Assembly: GCF_964204645.1 (NCBI RefSeq)
Contig: NC_134031.1
Location: 20,095,910 to 20,159,909, forward strand
DNA length: 64,000 bases
Reading direction: 5' to 3'
From: Tubulanus polymorphus
Lineage: Eukaryota > Animalia > Nemertea
In this document: positions 11,719-25,926 of the stretch, in pieces
How the letters are laid out: every line of letters starts with the position of its first letter
Numbering within the stretch: the stretch's first letter is position 1
Made by a program: the position numbers and the translations under genes
The notes under the pieces: generated by a model
Seen by the model: only the letters and a program-made list of their open reading frames with translations
What the model was told of the DNA's origin: nothing
Databases searched by the model: none

Positions 11719-14700
11719 TTAACTGGACTTAAGTAACTCCTCTATTTCCTGTTCTAAATCCCCGATCTCTAATTCTAATTGTTCCGGATTGAATAGTTTT
11801 GGTTCGTGGAACCAATAAACTGGTGAACTGTTTTTGGTAGTATTGTCATTTCTATCACTATTTCTAATTTCTTTTGTTACACGTGGCTTTCTAGAAACTG
11901 AATCATCTACGTGTCCATTTTCTAGGCTGATTCCTTCCTTGTCGGCTGCTTGTAATTCGTCATGTAGCGACTGGCCGTTGCAGTAATTCTCTTCAGCAAC
12001 GGTAGACGAGTTTTTATTCAAACTATCGTCGGCGATTAGGCTACCGTCCTCGTGAAACCAATACACCGAGTTCTTCTCGGCTTGTTTTAATTTCAATTGC
12101 GGCGAAACTTCCAACATCTCGATATTGTTAATCACCGAATTATCGGCTGCACTTTGTTGCGTGATGGTTTCCACTTTCTCTTGCGGAGTTTGCGGTGACG
12201 ACTTCTGGCAATTTCCACTGTCTATATTTTCCGGAGTTGAATTGTGACTCGAATTGTTTGTTCGCGGGGCTCGTTCTACAGTAGCAACGATCGAGAAATT
12301 GTTTGGCCTTTCGACAATCTTCGATGATATTTTTTGAAGGGAAATCGGCGGCGAAATTATGCCAGTCCTTTGCGTATCCTCATTGGCTAAAATCTCACAA
12401 ATCTCTTCGGCCGTTAGATCGTAGTTTAATGTTTCGTCATCCAATTCAGTAAAATATTTTAGCTGAAAATCCAAAAATAAACTCGACATACACAATGCGA
12501 ATAAGAATCTTCGAAACTACAGTTATTTAGTTATACCTCGACGTTGGTTGGAAGATTTGAATACAACTGACCGTCCGAACCCCAGTTACCATTTTCCGAG
12601 GAGTCGCTTTTGTCGGGCTGCAAATATTCAAACCACGATCGTAAAAAAGTCGAGATGCAGTAAATTGATAGATTTACCCTTCGTTACTCACATCGTCAGT
12701 ATCTGGATGATCCATTGTGTGCGCTATCCTTCGCATTTTCTTCAGGTAACGGTTTGTTTTCGGTAGTTCTTCCATTCCTATCCACGATTGAGGACCGATA
12801 TTACTTTGTCTGTACGAGTCATGTTCCCCATCTTCATTTCTAGCAAAATAATCCACAAAAAACGGAGAATATCACAGGTCCAATACACAGGTATACTATA
12901 GTTTTTACTATATTCAAATACAGTCACTTACTTCAACAACGAAGCAACATCTTCGTCATCGGTTTCACGACTTTCAAGTCGATGTTTCAAATTCACCAAT
13001 AACTGAATTAACATCTTTATACGCGGTAAAGGTCCATATGGGCACAGGAATGGTCAACACGATTCAAGTAGTACCATATTTCCCGGCTCAAAATCCAGCA
13101 CTGTGAAAGGCACTTAGGTTATTTTGATACTTTATATCGTTTGAAACCAAAACGATAAACAAAAGGATACGCCGATTTCTAGCCCCAGCACTCCAACTCT
13201 GAAAGGTGCAAATACGTAATGATGATCATCATGAAATATCTTTACCAATATAGTATTTTTTATTTGAACGTATTACTAACATCTGAAAATCAAATTCTCG
13301 TTCATTTTACCTTCCTAAAATCCATGGTAAAGTGTGAAGAATGAATTTGGATTTGGTGCTGTACAGATATACGCTACTGATGTAGAATATTTCGGAAAAT
13401 ATCGTAGAAATATTGATTATCAGTTGTTTCTTCGAAAACACTTTATCTTGATACTGCAATAAAACAAACGGTTTGATTAAGATTAAACCATTATTGTGTC
13501 AAAGATGTATAAAAAAAACCTTGCCACCAATTTAGGAAACAGTCACCAGGCACCCAGGACGTCACAACAACATATAAAACTGCTAACTGAGAAAGACTCT
13601 GACCCTATTAGCTTTCCGTAAATGAGTGCCATTTCTAAATAAATCCACCAGAAATCTACCCTTCATGCGACCCTGCAATCGACGAGATACTTCAAAATGC
13701 CGCGTGTGCATGATAAATATAGAGTGGCACAAGCAATCGAAAATGAATTAAATTACTTACTAAAAATCTGATTTTAGGAATAGAACTTGTCCAATAAAAA
13801 ACACACGATAGAAGACCCAGAGCATATCCAAACTGTACAAGACGCGACTATAAAAATCCGAATTATTGCTATTAGAAAATGTATTACACATTATAACTAT
13901 ATTTCTATACCAGAGAATAATTTTACCTGTTCTAGGAGCGTGTCGTGGAGGAGAGATTCGTTATCGGTCGTGCCGAGCAGAACCCGAGATTGACGGCCTA
14001 TCGTCTGGTATCCATTGGGACCAACTGAAGGCGATTGATGCCAAACAATAAGATACAGGGCACTGGCCAACCACGGACTGGCCAAACACATGTTCGGTAT
14101 AGTATCTCCAACCTTCTTGTCTTTATAGTACTCGTCTACAAATATCGTATAGGACCCTCCTGAATCATTTTGATAGTCCTAAATGCTGTATATCGATTTA
14201 TTAGAAATGCCCAAATGATTCAATCAATACAAAATGTGTTGGAAACCTACGTTTATTTTGCGGCATATATTTGCTGATTTTATAGAGATTCCTTGTCGAC
14301 ATATACAGATGATGTAGATAAGTAATCACATCCATACTAGCAGCATATATAGCAATGCAAACCTACACGAAGAACGTATCCTTACAATAAGTAATCATTT
14401 CGTCAGATTTGTCATATCTCTTGAGATGTTTCTTTTTTTACCTGAGTTGGAAGCTGTTGCGATAGAATAGCGCCCATTGCGTTCAGACCATCGGCCGTAA
14501 AGTCATGAAGAACGGGATAGAATCGCTGCGATATTTTCTTCTTAAATCGAGCGTGTCGTAATCTTATTTTTCTGAAGCGGTAGAAAATAAAGATTGATTT
14601 GTCACTGATTCAAACAATTGATCGAAGTTTCTTTGCTTTTTATGCCTTGAATACGATTTTCACGCCGCTTTGACAGAGTATATATCAACTCGAAGAAGCC

Positions 14701-15610
14701 GCAGATCTTTCAACATTGTTATTCGGGTAAGTAAGAACAAACGCGATAATCAATTGGAATTAGAATGGATATATGGCTTACAACTCCGCCAGCTGGTCGC
14801 GCTCTCTTCTGTCGCCAGATTCATATGGCCATTTCTTGCATGAGAGCGCAAGGAAACGTGTTTGATTGAACTCATTCTAATACGCTTTCCAATAATCGAT
14901 AGAAAGAATCTCCCAGCACGAGGATATTTGGATGTAAAAATTAATTTGAAAAAAACATCTGTGGGCAATTTACGTATTATCATAAATTCTATTTCTTATT
15001 CGGAAAACGATATGATGCTCGTTACTTACGCGATATGAACGACATTTAACGTAAATATGGTTAAAATAGCGAAGCTGAATCCGACTGCTTGTAACGGAGT
15101 GTTGATCGGCTGACCAAGAAATTCAACGTAATTCACAACATCATTGGTTTTATTTGACGATAATATATCGGTTGAATTTTCCTAAAATGTTGAAATTACA
15201 ATCATATTGACCTCTCTTTCTCCCCATCACTCTGCCAAGTGGGTCAGCCTTCAAAAGCTGGTAAAATTTTGTGGTCAAGGAGGGTTCTACTTCCGGAATT
15301 TGTCACCACCCCTAAGATACCCTACCTCTTTTGAGTTGGGATTACGTTGGGCAGTAGTTATTCATTTGTGTGTGTGTGTGTGTGGGGGGAGGGGGGGCGA
15401 TAGCGTCCCGTAAGCGCTGTAGATCACAGCGTTATACTACGAAACGTTTTGGTTGTGAAACTCGGTACCGGCATAAAATAGCTGTTCATCTAAACTTAGA
15501 GGTTTGGGGATCTACATCAACACGGGACAAAAAGAGGCGTCCCTCGTATCTACTAGACAAAAACTAAGACTAGCGGCCCTTCATCACCAAACATAAACAC
15601 AACTTACCAT
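11719..15610 (-). CDS. TMEM44: Transmembrane protein 44 (PQ-loop-related), about 11 coding exons, with long acidic C-terminal extension
   Basis: Spliced product M|ENST...AVGFSFAILTIF...LNAMGAILSQQLPTQVCIAIYAASMDVITY...FGYALGLLSCVFYWTSSIPKIRFLYQDKVF...HTLPWILGRVGVLGLEIG...SWIGMEELPKTNRYLKKMRRI aligns by eye with TMEM44 motifs as I recall them (GALLARQLTIQV, GYLLG...SRIP, PWFLTSLG, DWVPL...LRTM). Confidence 0.8.
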
Positions 15611-16754
15611 GTTCACTTGGATTTCAATGCCGCACGTATACTGTCATCTACTGTTATCTCTACTTCATATTAAATGGTTCGATATTACATTCTGGGGCGG
15701 CAGCTGTCGGGTCTGTACTGTATTACGTGTGCTGAGTCCTCGTGCTTATGCACATCGTATATGAGGGCAACTACCATTAGGTCGGGCCAGCCGGTCAACA
15801 CCTTTTCAAACTACATGGGTACCAACAATGGTTAAGAGTGAAATGGTTTCAATGAATCAGGCGGCCCGCCGGGCACACGAGAGACCTCCCTACAAATCTT
15901 CACGATGACAGCGGTTTTGACAATGATTCCGAAATAAATCCGAAATTGATAAAGATTGAAATAAGATTTTTGCCTACTACGAAAGAATTTCATTTCTTTC
16001 ATTCGGAAATAAATCGCCAGTAAGTATTTCTTTCAGGTAGATGTCAAATTACCGTCCGGTGATGGAGTATTCCTTTAGATCCGTATCTGTCATTCCATAG
16101 CAAATGTGGTATGGCAGATTAGATATACCCGGAGTATTCCTCCATTCGCTTGCCACATTAACATAGTCGACCTTCAGCCGGTGACATTCAGCTAGGTAAG
16201 AGTCGGGTTAGGGTGTAACTGGTAGAGTTTATCTCCAGTTTTTTAAGATAAACTGCCTTGAATCGCTTTAAATGAGACTTGAATGATAGAACTCAATGTA
16301 TAGATATAGAATTGCGATATGAATTGAGTGTCGCATTTTGAAATCATACGTTTTTTTCGGCTTTTTTGTTCATGTTCTTTTTTTTAAATTTTTGCCTGGC
16401 GGCTCCTCGACAGTGACACTGTGTTTTGTCAGTGTAAATTATTGTAGTTAGTATGTTTCAATGCATAATCTGCTGCATAGTCTGAAATAGGTTGTTACTA
16501 AATCGGAGCTTAGAAATGTTTGCTCGCTCAGGTAGTTCTTTTTGGAAGATTTACAAAAGGACATAGTGAAGGTCACAGACACAGCCAGCCATCCAGCCCA
16601 TAAATATTCAGCCCCCTGCCATGATTCGGCTCCTGTGAACTGATACAGTATCAATCTGCGGGGAGTCTGTTGTATGATAGTTATGGAAATGTTTTTTTGT
16701 TTGTATTTGCAGCTTTCTTCTGTTGTTGTAAGTTGTTAAAAGTGATAGTAGTGA

Positions 16755-19532
<2,778 letters not shown>

Positions 19533-19595
19533 ATCACGTCGTTCTCTCCTTAAACCCTATGAATTTTTCCCCAGTTCATATCTCGTAGAATAATA

Positions 19596-19855
19596 CAGTC
19601 GAAACTCGCTTAATTCGGATTTCCATCTAATCCAACAGTCCGCTTAATGTACTGTACAGATTTAATGAACCGTATGATGTTACTTACAGATTTCTCATAC
19701 ACGGTCCCTACGACTCCTTGATTCCTTTAAAACTTCTAAATGGAAAATATATACATATATTCCTGTATATCCCGCAGGAATGATTGTTCTGTAGGGAGCC
19801 TGTCGTAAACTGGATGAATTTCACCGGAATGATCCAAATTAAGCGGGTTTTACTG
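19596..19855. mobile_element. Tc1/mariner-pogo-type MITE just 3' of the GAPDH stop
   Basis: TA|CAGTCGAAACTCGCTTAATT ... AATTAAGCGGGTTTTACTG|TA; related TACAGT ends near 8990, 10150, 28089, 31545 and 62748. Confidence 0.8.
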
Positions 19856-20603
19856 TATTAATATTATCGTAATACTTCGGTGCCGGAGAGAGACTTTCGG
19901 AAAGGGATAAAAAAACGATACAAACAAACACGACCGTCGAAATACGTTTCGAGGGCCGTGTATAAATTGATAACTTATTTTAACCGTTGTACCCTAGGTG
20001 CCACAAATAATGTAATGTGCTATTAATTGATTGAGAAATATCTGATCAGTCTTAATCGATATTCTGATAATGGTGGTATAATTGAACACGTATGTGCTGT
20101 TGTAGGTTGGTTAGAATTGTCTCTTTATAATCTATGAACATATTAATCGTAGACAGCAGGAGAATTTCAGGGATCATTTTGTCCTTTTCTTTCGACGCGT
20201 ATTACTTAGCCGAAGATCTATCTATAATTACGATTCTATAAGATTAGATTCTTAAAAACGAATTTCTTTTCACGAATTATTTTGTACCGTAGAATTTCAT
20301 GTAATGAGAAAGTGCTATTGAATACACACCCGGTTGGTCGGTCGTTTCGTTCTCCAAATTCGATTTTTGATTTTCATGAAAATTAATGTTCAATTTCTTC
20401 AGTTTCTAAAGTAACTCAATTAAACACTTAAAAATGATTAAAGGATTTATTGTCATTTGTTAGACTTCAGTGGATGCAGGATAGAGGAGTGGAATATCTT
20501 TGACTAGTGGACACTGTGTCAGATGTGGAATGATTGACAGAAGTAGGCCGGTCCGAGAGGAATATCTTCAACAGACTTGATTGAAATCAATCATCTGTTG
20601 GAC

Positions 20604-20942
20604 CATCCTCCCTCTGCAGGGACTCGAACCTGATGGTATCGCTACACTCAGCCACGGCACGAACCCCTGCATCAGTAGACCGGGTGCGCAGGTACATGCG
20701 CAGCTTTCCGAACGAAACTGGCGGCACCAATCAGATTGCTCGTTGTACAATCGTTGAGGCAAATTTCAAGGAAGAACTATAAATGGGAAAACCCGGGATA
20801 AAATAAAACGGGATTTCTGATTGGCTAAAAACTCACATCATCTGAACTGCGCATGTATCTGCGCACACGGTCGATTATGGCAGGGTTTCGTGCCGTGGCA
20901 ATCTCGATGCCATCAGGTTCGAATCCCTGCCGGGGGAGGATG
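20604..20942. mobile_element. 339-bp non-autonomous TIR element with ~140-bp arms and 9-bp TSD (MULE-like)
   Basis: CTGTTGGAC|CATCCTCCC...GGGAGGATG|CTGTTGGAC (TSD at 20595-20603 and 20943-20951). Confidence 0.85.
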
Positions 20943-21789
20943 CTGTTGGACTGGAGTTTAGAATTACATGTATCTACATCAGAGGCCTTTCCGTAGTCTT
21001 GAGCTTAGTCCGGACCCTACCTTTCCACTGAGATTGCCCCACGTCAAGACTAGACAGAGGTCGTTATCCTGAAGAACATTTGACATCATGAAATGCGCAT
21101 CTTTCAGGACGTATTTCTTCAAAAATATCATCACTGAAGGTGGGCCTTGCTAGTGGCCTCTGACATGACTGCTTTATCCGAGAAATGACTTCTCTTTTCT
21201 CCTGAACCTCAGCCTTCCAATTTTCCAGGAACCGCCCCTGCTTTCAACGGGGTTTAGTCTTGGGAAATCAAGATGTGAACGCCGCAGAAACAAGTGTCTG
21301 GGTTTTACATGTATTCGTGTGTTGACGCTGGATGGACTAGAATTTAGGGGCTTAATTGCGCGACAAATCCGTTGGAATGTCTATAAACATTATCACGTTA
21401 GGCGAAGTCGATTGTACTGATAATTATAATTCATTTCCATAAATAAATGAACTGTGAGAATAAGTTCAGACGTGTTCGACTTATTCGGTGCGTTTTCTCG
21501 CCGATTCAAGTGATGAACTGACTATAGTCTACACGTACCGGTAACTGACTAACATTCATCCCCATTTATAAATATACGTATATACCAGAGCTAGAGTAGT
21601 GTGTAATGCAATTACGAAAAAATGTTCTCTAGAAATAACATCTCCCTCGAACGGCGCATATAGACGCAGTATGTAACAAAATGTGCACCCGTAACAAGAA
21701 GAAAAGACTGATTTATGAGTTACGTCGACAATGAAAACTTGTTCGTTTTTAGTAACACATTTCGGAACCGAGGTGAAGTTAACGACTCG

Positions 21790-22115
21790 CAGGCCCGTGC
21801 CGGGCTTTTTGAGGGGAATTCAAGAAAAGGGGCACCTTTTCGCCGTGGGCATTTTCCTATCGAGAAGGACATACCTTAAGTAAGATTTTTCCTCGATAAC
21901 CTGAACTTTAACCGTATAATTTCTTTGGCTTTTCAAATATTCAACAATATCATAATTCACAGGAATAAATCATTTGAAAATAAGATTACTTTTCTTGCAT
22001 AAAGAAAACATGAAAATTGTATCCAAATTTCGAAATATCTTGCCCCGAATTTTTGACACTGACTTTTTGTTAGGGGATTTGTTCGCTCCCTCGCGAACCC
22101 TCGACCCTGGGCCTG
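21790..22115. mobile_element. Short-TIR MITE (CAGGCCC...GGGCCTG)
   Basis: Flanked by CGACTCG / CGACTTG. Confidence 0.6.
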
Positions 22116-22895
22116 CGACTTGAACCTACCTATTGTGTTGCCTGTATCATCGGGAAATTACACATCAAAGCCTGTGTTGTGATTTATATTTGGTCTGCAA
22201 GATTTGAATGCGACCCTCGAACCTACAATGCAACATTTCACTAGTCGACATCAGTACGGTTATATACAAGCCTCAGTCCGACAATCGTTTCAATTGGAAG
22301 AAGTCTTACAGTCGCTGCCGCGTCGATGATGACGCGTGACTCGGGCGAGATTCTGCCCCGCAGCTGATATCGTAATGAAAAATAATATATCGTAGATTAG
22401 ATTTCAAGGGCGGGACTAGGACACGTATTCACATCAATCGGGGACAGGAACCGAGACGAGAAATGGGGATCTCTCTACGCGGGCATTAATGCGAGTGTTG
22501 GACCCAATGACAACATATATACAATTATGGCGTCTTGGATTCCGATAAAATTAGATAACGAATCCATTTTTGTTCATTTAATTTTTTTAGAATGTGATCC
22601 GTCCATGCCCCATGGACACGTACGAAACAGTGACAACAGTATATTGTGCTGATTGGTGTTAAATGATACTCAGATACTCAGACTTTTGACCATCTTAGAG
22701 CAGCTTTACTTAGGTCCAGGTTGCGAATTCATTGAATCAATCGAATACAAAACAGATGAATGTGCCATCACGGTCAACGGCCGCCCGACCTGCCGATGAC
22801 TGAGTGAAAAAGCGAAGACGAACGACTCATACGCGAATGAGAAAATGAGTTGATTGATTCGGACTATTTGAGGTGTAGAGAGATTTTGGTATGTC

Positions 22896-22923
22896 CGGAG
22901 GTGGGAGTGCTCCCACCTCCTTG
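22896..22923. mobile_element. Palindromic micro-insertion with 7-bp (up to 10-bp) direct repeat
   Basis: GTATGTC|CGGAGGTGGGAG-TG-CTCCCACCTCCTTG|GTATGTC. Confidence 0.7.
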
Positions 22924-24402
22924 GTATGTCGAGCATACGAGCAATTTATCTCAATAGATCAACATTGATTTATCATGAAGTAAATATGACAGAATGTTCT
23001 ATGATTGCACTGAGGGATCGACGCGCGCTGCTGACGGTCTGAATTCTGATTTTTCCTGCTATTAGGCCAGGCACGCGGTGAAAATCGAAAAAAGAATTCT
23101 ATCCCCGCAAGATTAACATGTGTTAGGCGTTACCTATAAAAACACATGTTCTCCTCGTCTCATATTCAGCCACCCGATTGTTGTGTGGTCATTTTCTCTG
23201 AAAATCTATATTCATTTCATGATGCAAAAACCTATCCTTATACAAAAACCTATCATTATTTATCGGTCGAGTTCACGGAATTGTTTGTTTAAGTCGAAGT
23301 ACAAGATTGGAAATTTCGTCCGGCACATTCGAGCAATCTTCCGACCAGTCTGAACCGGCAAGCGACTGATTGGGGTTAATTTTGCTGACTGTCTGATCTA
23401 GAACATCTAGATTGTGGAAAAACCATATTACTACAAGCTTGAGATCATTTTGTCCATCTTTATATTCCTTTGATTGTTTTCCACGTGTAAATAATCCGTT
23501 ATTGTATCGATTTTTTTTCGGCTACGTGTAGTTGTTAATTATAGGCAATTTTAACGATCATTGTCTTGAATAGAAATGAGGTTCAGTTATTTGTATATAG
23601 ACGTTGTTTATAATCACAACAATATCGGATTCCTGAGTGAAAGAAATGCTGTCCTGGTTGCGGTTATCGCAATACGCAGATGGGATTCCTGCCATTCATC
23701 TTTTAGTAGTAATCGCCTAAACGACAAGCCAACGCGGGTAACTCGAGCGGGCGGAAAATTTCTCGAATAATCGGCTGCTAATCTGGCGTTGCGTATCGAT
23801 TATCGAGTTGTTATTTGGCGTTTTTAATAACAGCTGAAATGGAACAGAATTAATTATTTCAGTCGGAATCTTCATCGCAGTAAGAGAGAGAGAGACAGAG
23901 AGCGGTACGCGCGTGGAAGTATCGTGTTTAACGGCGAGAATTTGATTTTTTGATTTCGAGGACGAGTTGGAATTACGCGCTGTAACACAATCCGGTAAGC
24001 GAATACTTCTAAAACTTCAAACCGCTCATTTCTTTTATCGGGTTTCATGTAAACCAGTTCTCAACGAGACAGGCTTTTTCAGCCCAACGAAATTATAACG
24101 AAATTTTGTTTTGATAAAAAAAACGTGGACATTGTAATTGATACAATAGTAATTTTACGTACGGCGACAAAAAAGTTTCAAAACATCCCGGTGGTAAGCT
24201 GCTAAATTCTGCTAACAGAATGTCAGATGATAGACAAAAATAGTTCAATTATGAAGAGAAAAACAGAAAACGAAAAAATGTTGAAATTCAAACGGATAGA
24301 AAAATGGAATAAAGCGAATAAATTCAAATTTATTCATATTTTTTATATTTTACATATTTAGATATCCATTTATTCCGCATATTGCGCATCTTTCAGGAGA
24401 AA

Positions 24403-25448
24403 ATGAATCGTCCCTGTGCAATATTGACGATGTTAGTCATCGCGGTGCTAATTCGAGCTGAAAACACGTTCGCAAAATCACTAGATCGTCGCGCGGACGA
24501 CGTCTTGTCGGAAGATGTCAAAGCAGTGGCGAAACGCTCGGCGTATTTCGGTAATTGGCCCTTCGGAAGTCACGAATTGCAGCGAAGAGCTGAAAACGGC
24601 GATCACAAAGCATTGGACATGGGTCATAGATCTGATAACATACGTAAGTTATCATCTGAATCTGTTTAAATTGAGATAGAAAAAAATGAAATATATCTGA
24701 AATAAATGTATCAAATTTCTTAAGATGTCTACAACGTTGTTGAAGTAACGCTCTGTATTTCAGTGTGGGCGACCCTAGGATATCTAAACGGTCCTACGTA
24801 CACTGTGACGACTATATTCGATGCTTTCACTAATAAACAAGCCAAGTACGCCTGTTACGACCTCAACGGACAACTTATCAATCTTCACGAGAATCACGAT
24901 AAGAAAGAACTTTTCACAACCGTTTTAGGGTAATAAGTATAGCGCGCTAATATTTCGGAAAAATAAAATAATTTTTTTCATTTTTTTCTTACTCGATATA
25001 TACGTTTTTATCTTATTGCTTATACAGGAGAGGGCCTGCGCTGTGGGTCGGTGGAATGTCGGATTCTGATTCCTGCTACGCCCTTTATATGGGAGTAGTG
25101 GGAACGTACGATTGTAACTCGCGTTTGCAATTCGTCTGCGAGCATATGACGTCATCGGAACTGATTCAACGTGGCTGGCATCCAAGGAGAAGTACGAATC
25201 ACCCTTCAACAAAATATTGGAATATCTTTTCTGTTACTTGTTTCCTTAATCTATGCACAAAACGTAACAAAAAGCCCAACACCCCAAATACAAATAAAGT
25301 TTAAGATACTCACTCTTGGCGAGAAATCTGAAAACCACGTTACTACATCGGACGCAGTGTCTGATAATTAAAGCGAGTAATCTATAAATCTACGTTTCTT
25401 TTTCTTACAGAGGGCCACAACGGCCACGCTGGACAGACGTTTGGTTAA
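24403..25448 (+). CDS. Secreted precursor: signal peptide, dibasic-site pro-region, short C-type lectin-like domain, C-terminal peptide
   Basis: 4 coding exons: MNRPCAILTMLVIAVLIRAE...RR...KR...RR | ...QAKYACYDLNGQLINL... | ...LWVGGMSDSDSCYALYMGVVGTYDCNSRLQFVCE...HPRR | KGHNGHAGQTFG*. Confidence 0.8.
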
Positions 25449-25926
25449 TGGGAGAGAGAGAGGGGGAGTGAATTAATAAATGTCATATTTTGTCCTCAAA
25501 AGTTTACTGTTCAATAAAATAAAACGGTCCGACAATAGAGTTTTGATGCGTTAGGTTTGTCCATGTACATAGGTCCATGGTTTGCGTCCAACGATCGTAG
25601 TCCCATAAAGTTTATGCTGATTAGAGTGTCGTCTGTCAAATATAGTTTGATATTTCACGATTATCGAGAATGAAAGTGCTCTCTGGTGTCACAAGATATG
25701 ATTCCGTTTACCATCTGCTCCAAAAATCTAACCGGTTAACATTACCCTGCGACGTAGAATTAATTTTCATTTCGCTTCGATTGGACGCAAAGCTTAGGTA
25801 CGTAGGTAATTTGACGGCTCTTTTTCATTCCTTGCGACTAACAATTCTGTTCTCCGTCTTCGTAATAAATGTTCAATAAAAGCCGTTTTCATCAGGTGAT
25901 TTGATTATGCGTGCTGCATTTCAGAT

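Noticed and set aside
13603-13671. Possible in-frame cassette exon in TMEM44 (GRMKGRFLVDLFRNGTHLRKANR)
   Set aside because: Weak donor (GTCAGA), and homology to TMEM44 is continuous without it
14750-14983. ORF or exon inside a TMEM44 intron
   Set aside because: The flanking exons join in phase without it, and inclusion would shift the frame
20604-20942. Divergent pair of Pol III ncRNA genes (vault/7SK/mascRNA-like), or a hammerhead in the arms
   Set aside because: The perfect 9-bp TSD and exact terminal repeats show a transposon insertion. There are no 7SK GATC motifs and no adjacent terminator. CTGATGG...GAAA lacks a valid hammerhead core and NUH
23067-23083. 14-nt match to miR-124 (AGGCACGCGGTGAA)
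   Set aside because: 5' seed and 3' end differ, and there is no complementary arm
23440-23453. bantam-like TGAGATCATTTTG
   Set aside because: No precursor hairpin, and the 3' half diverges
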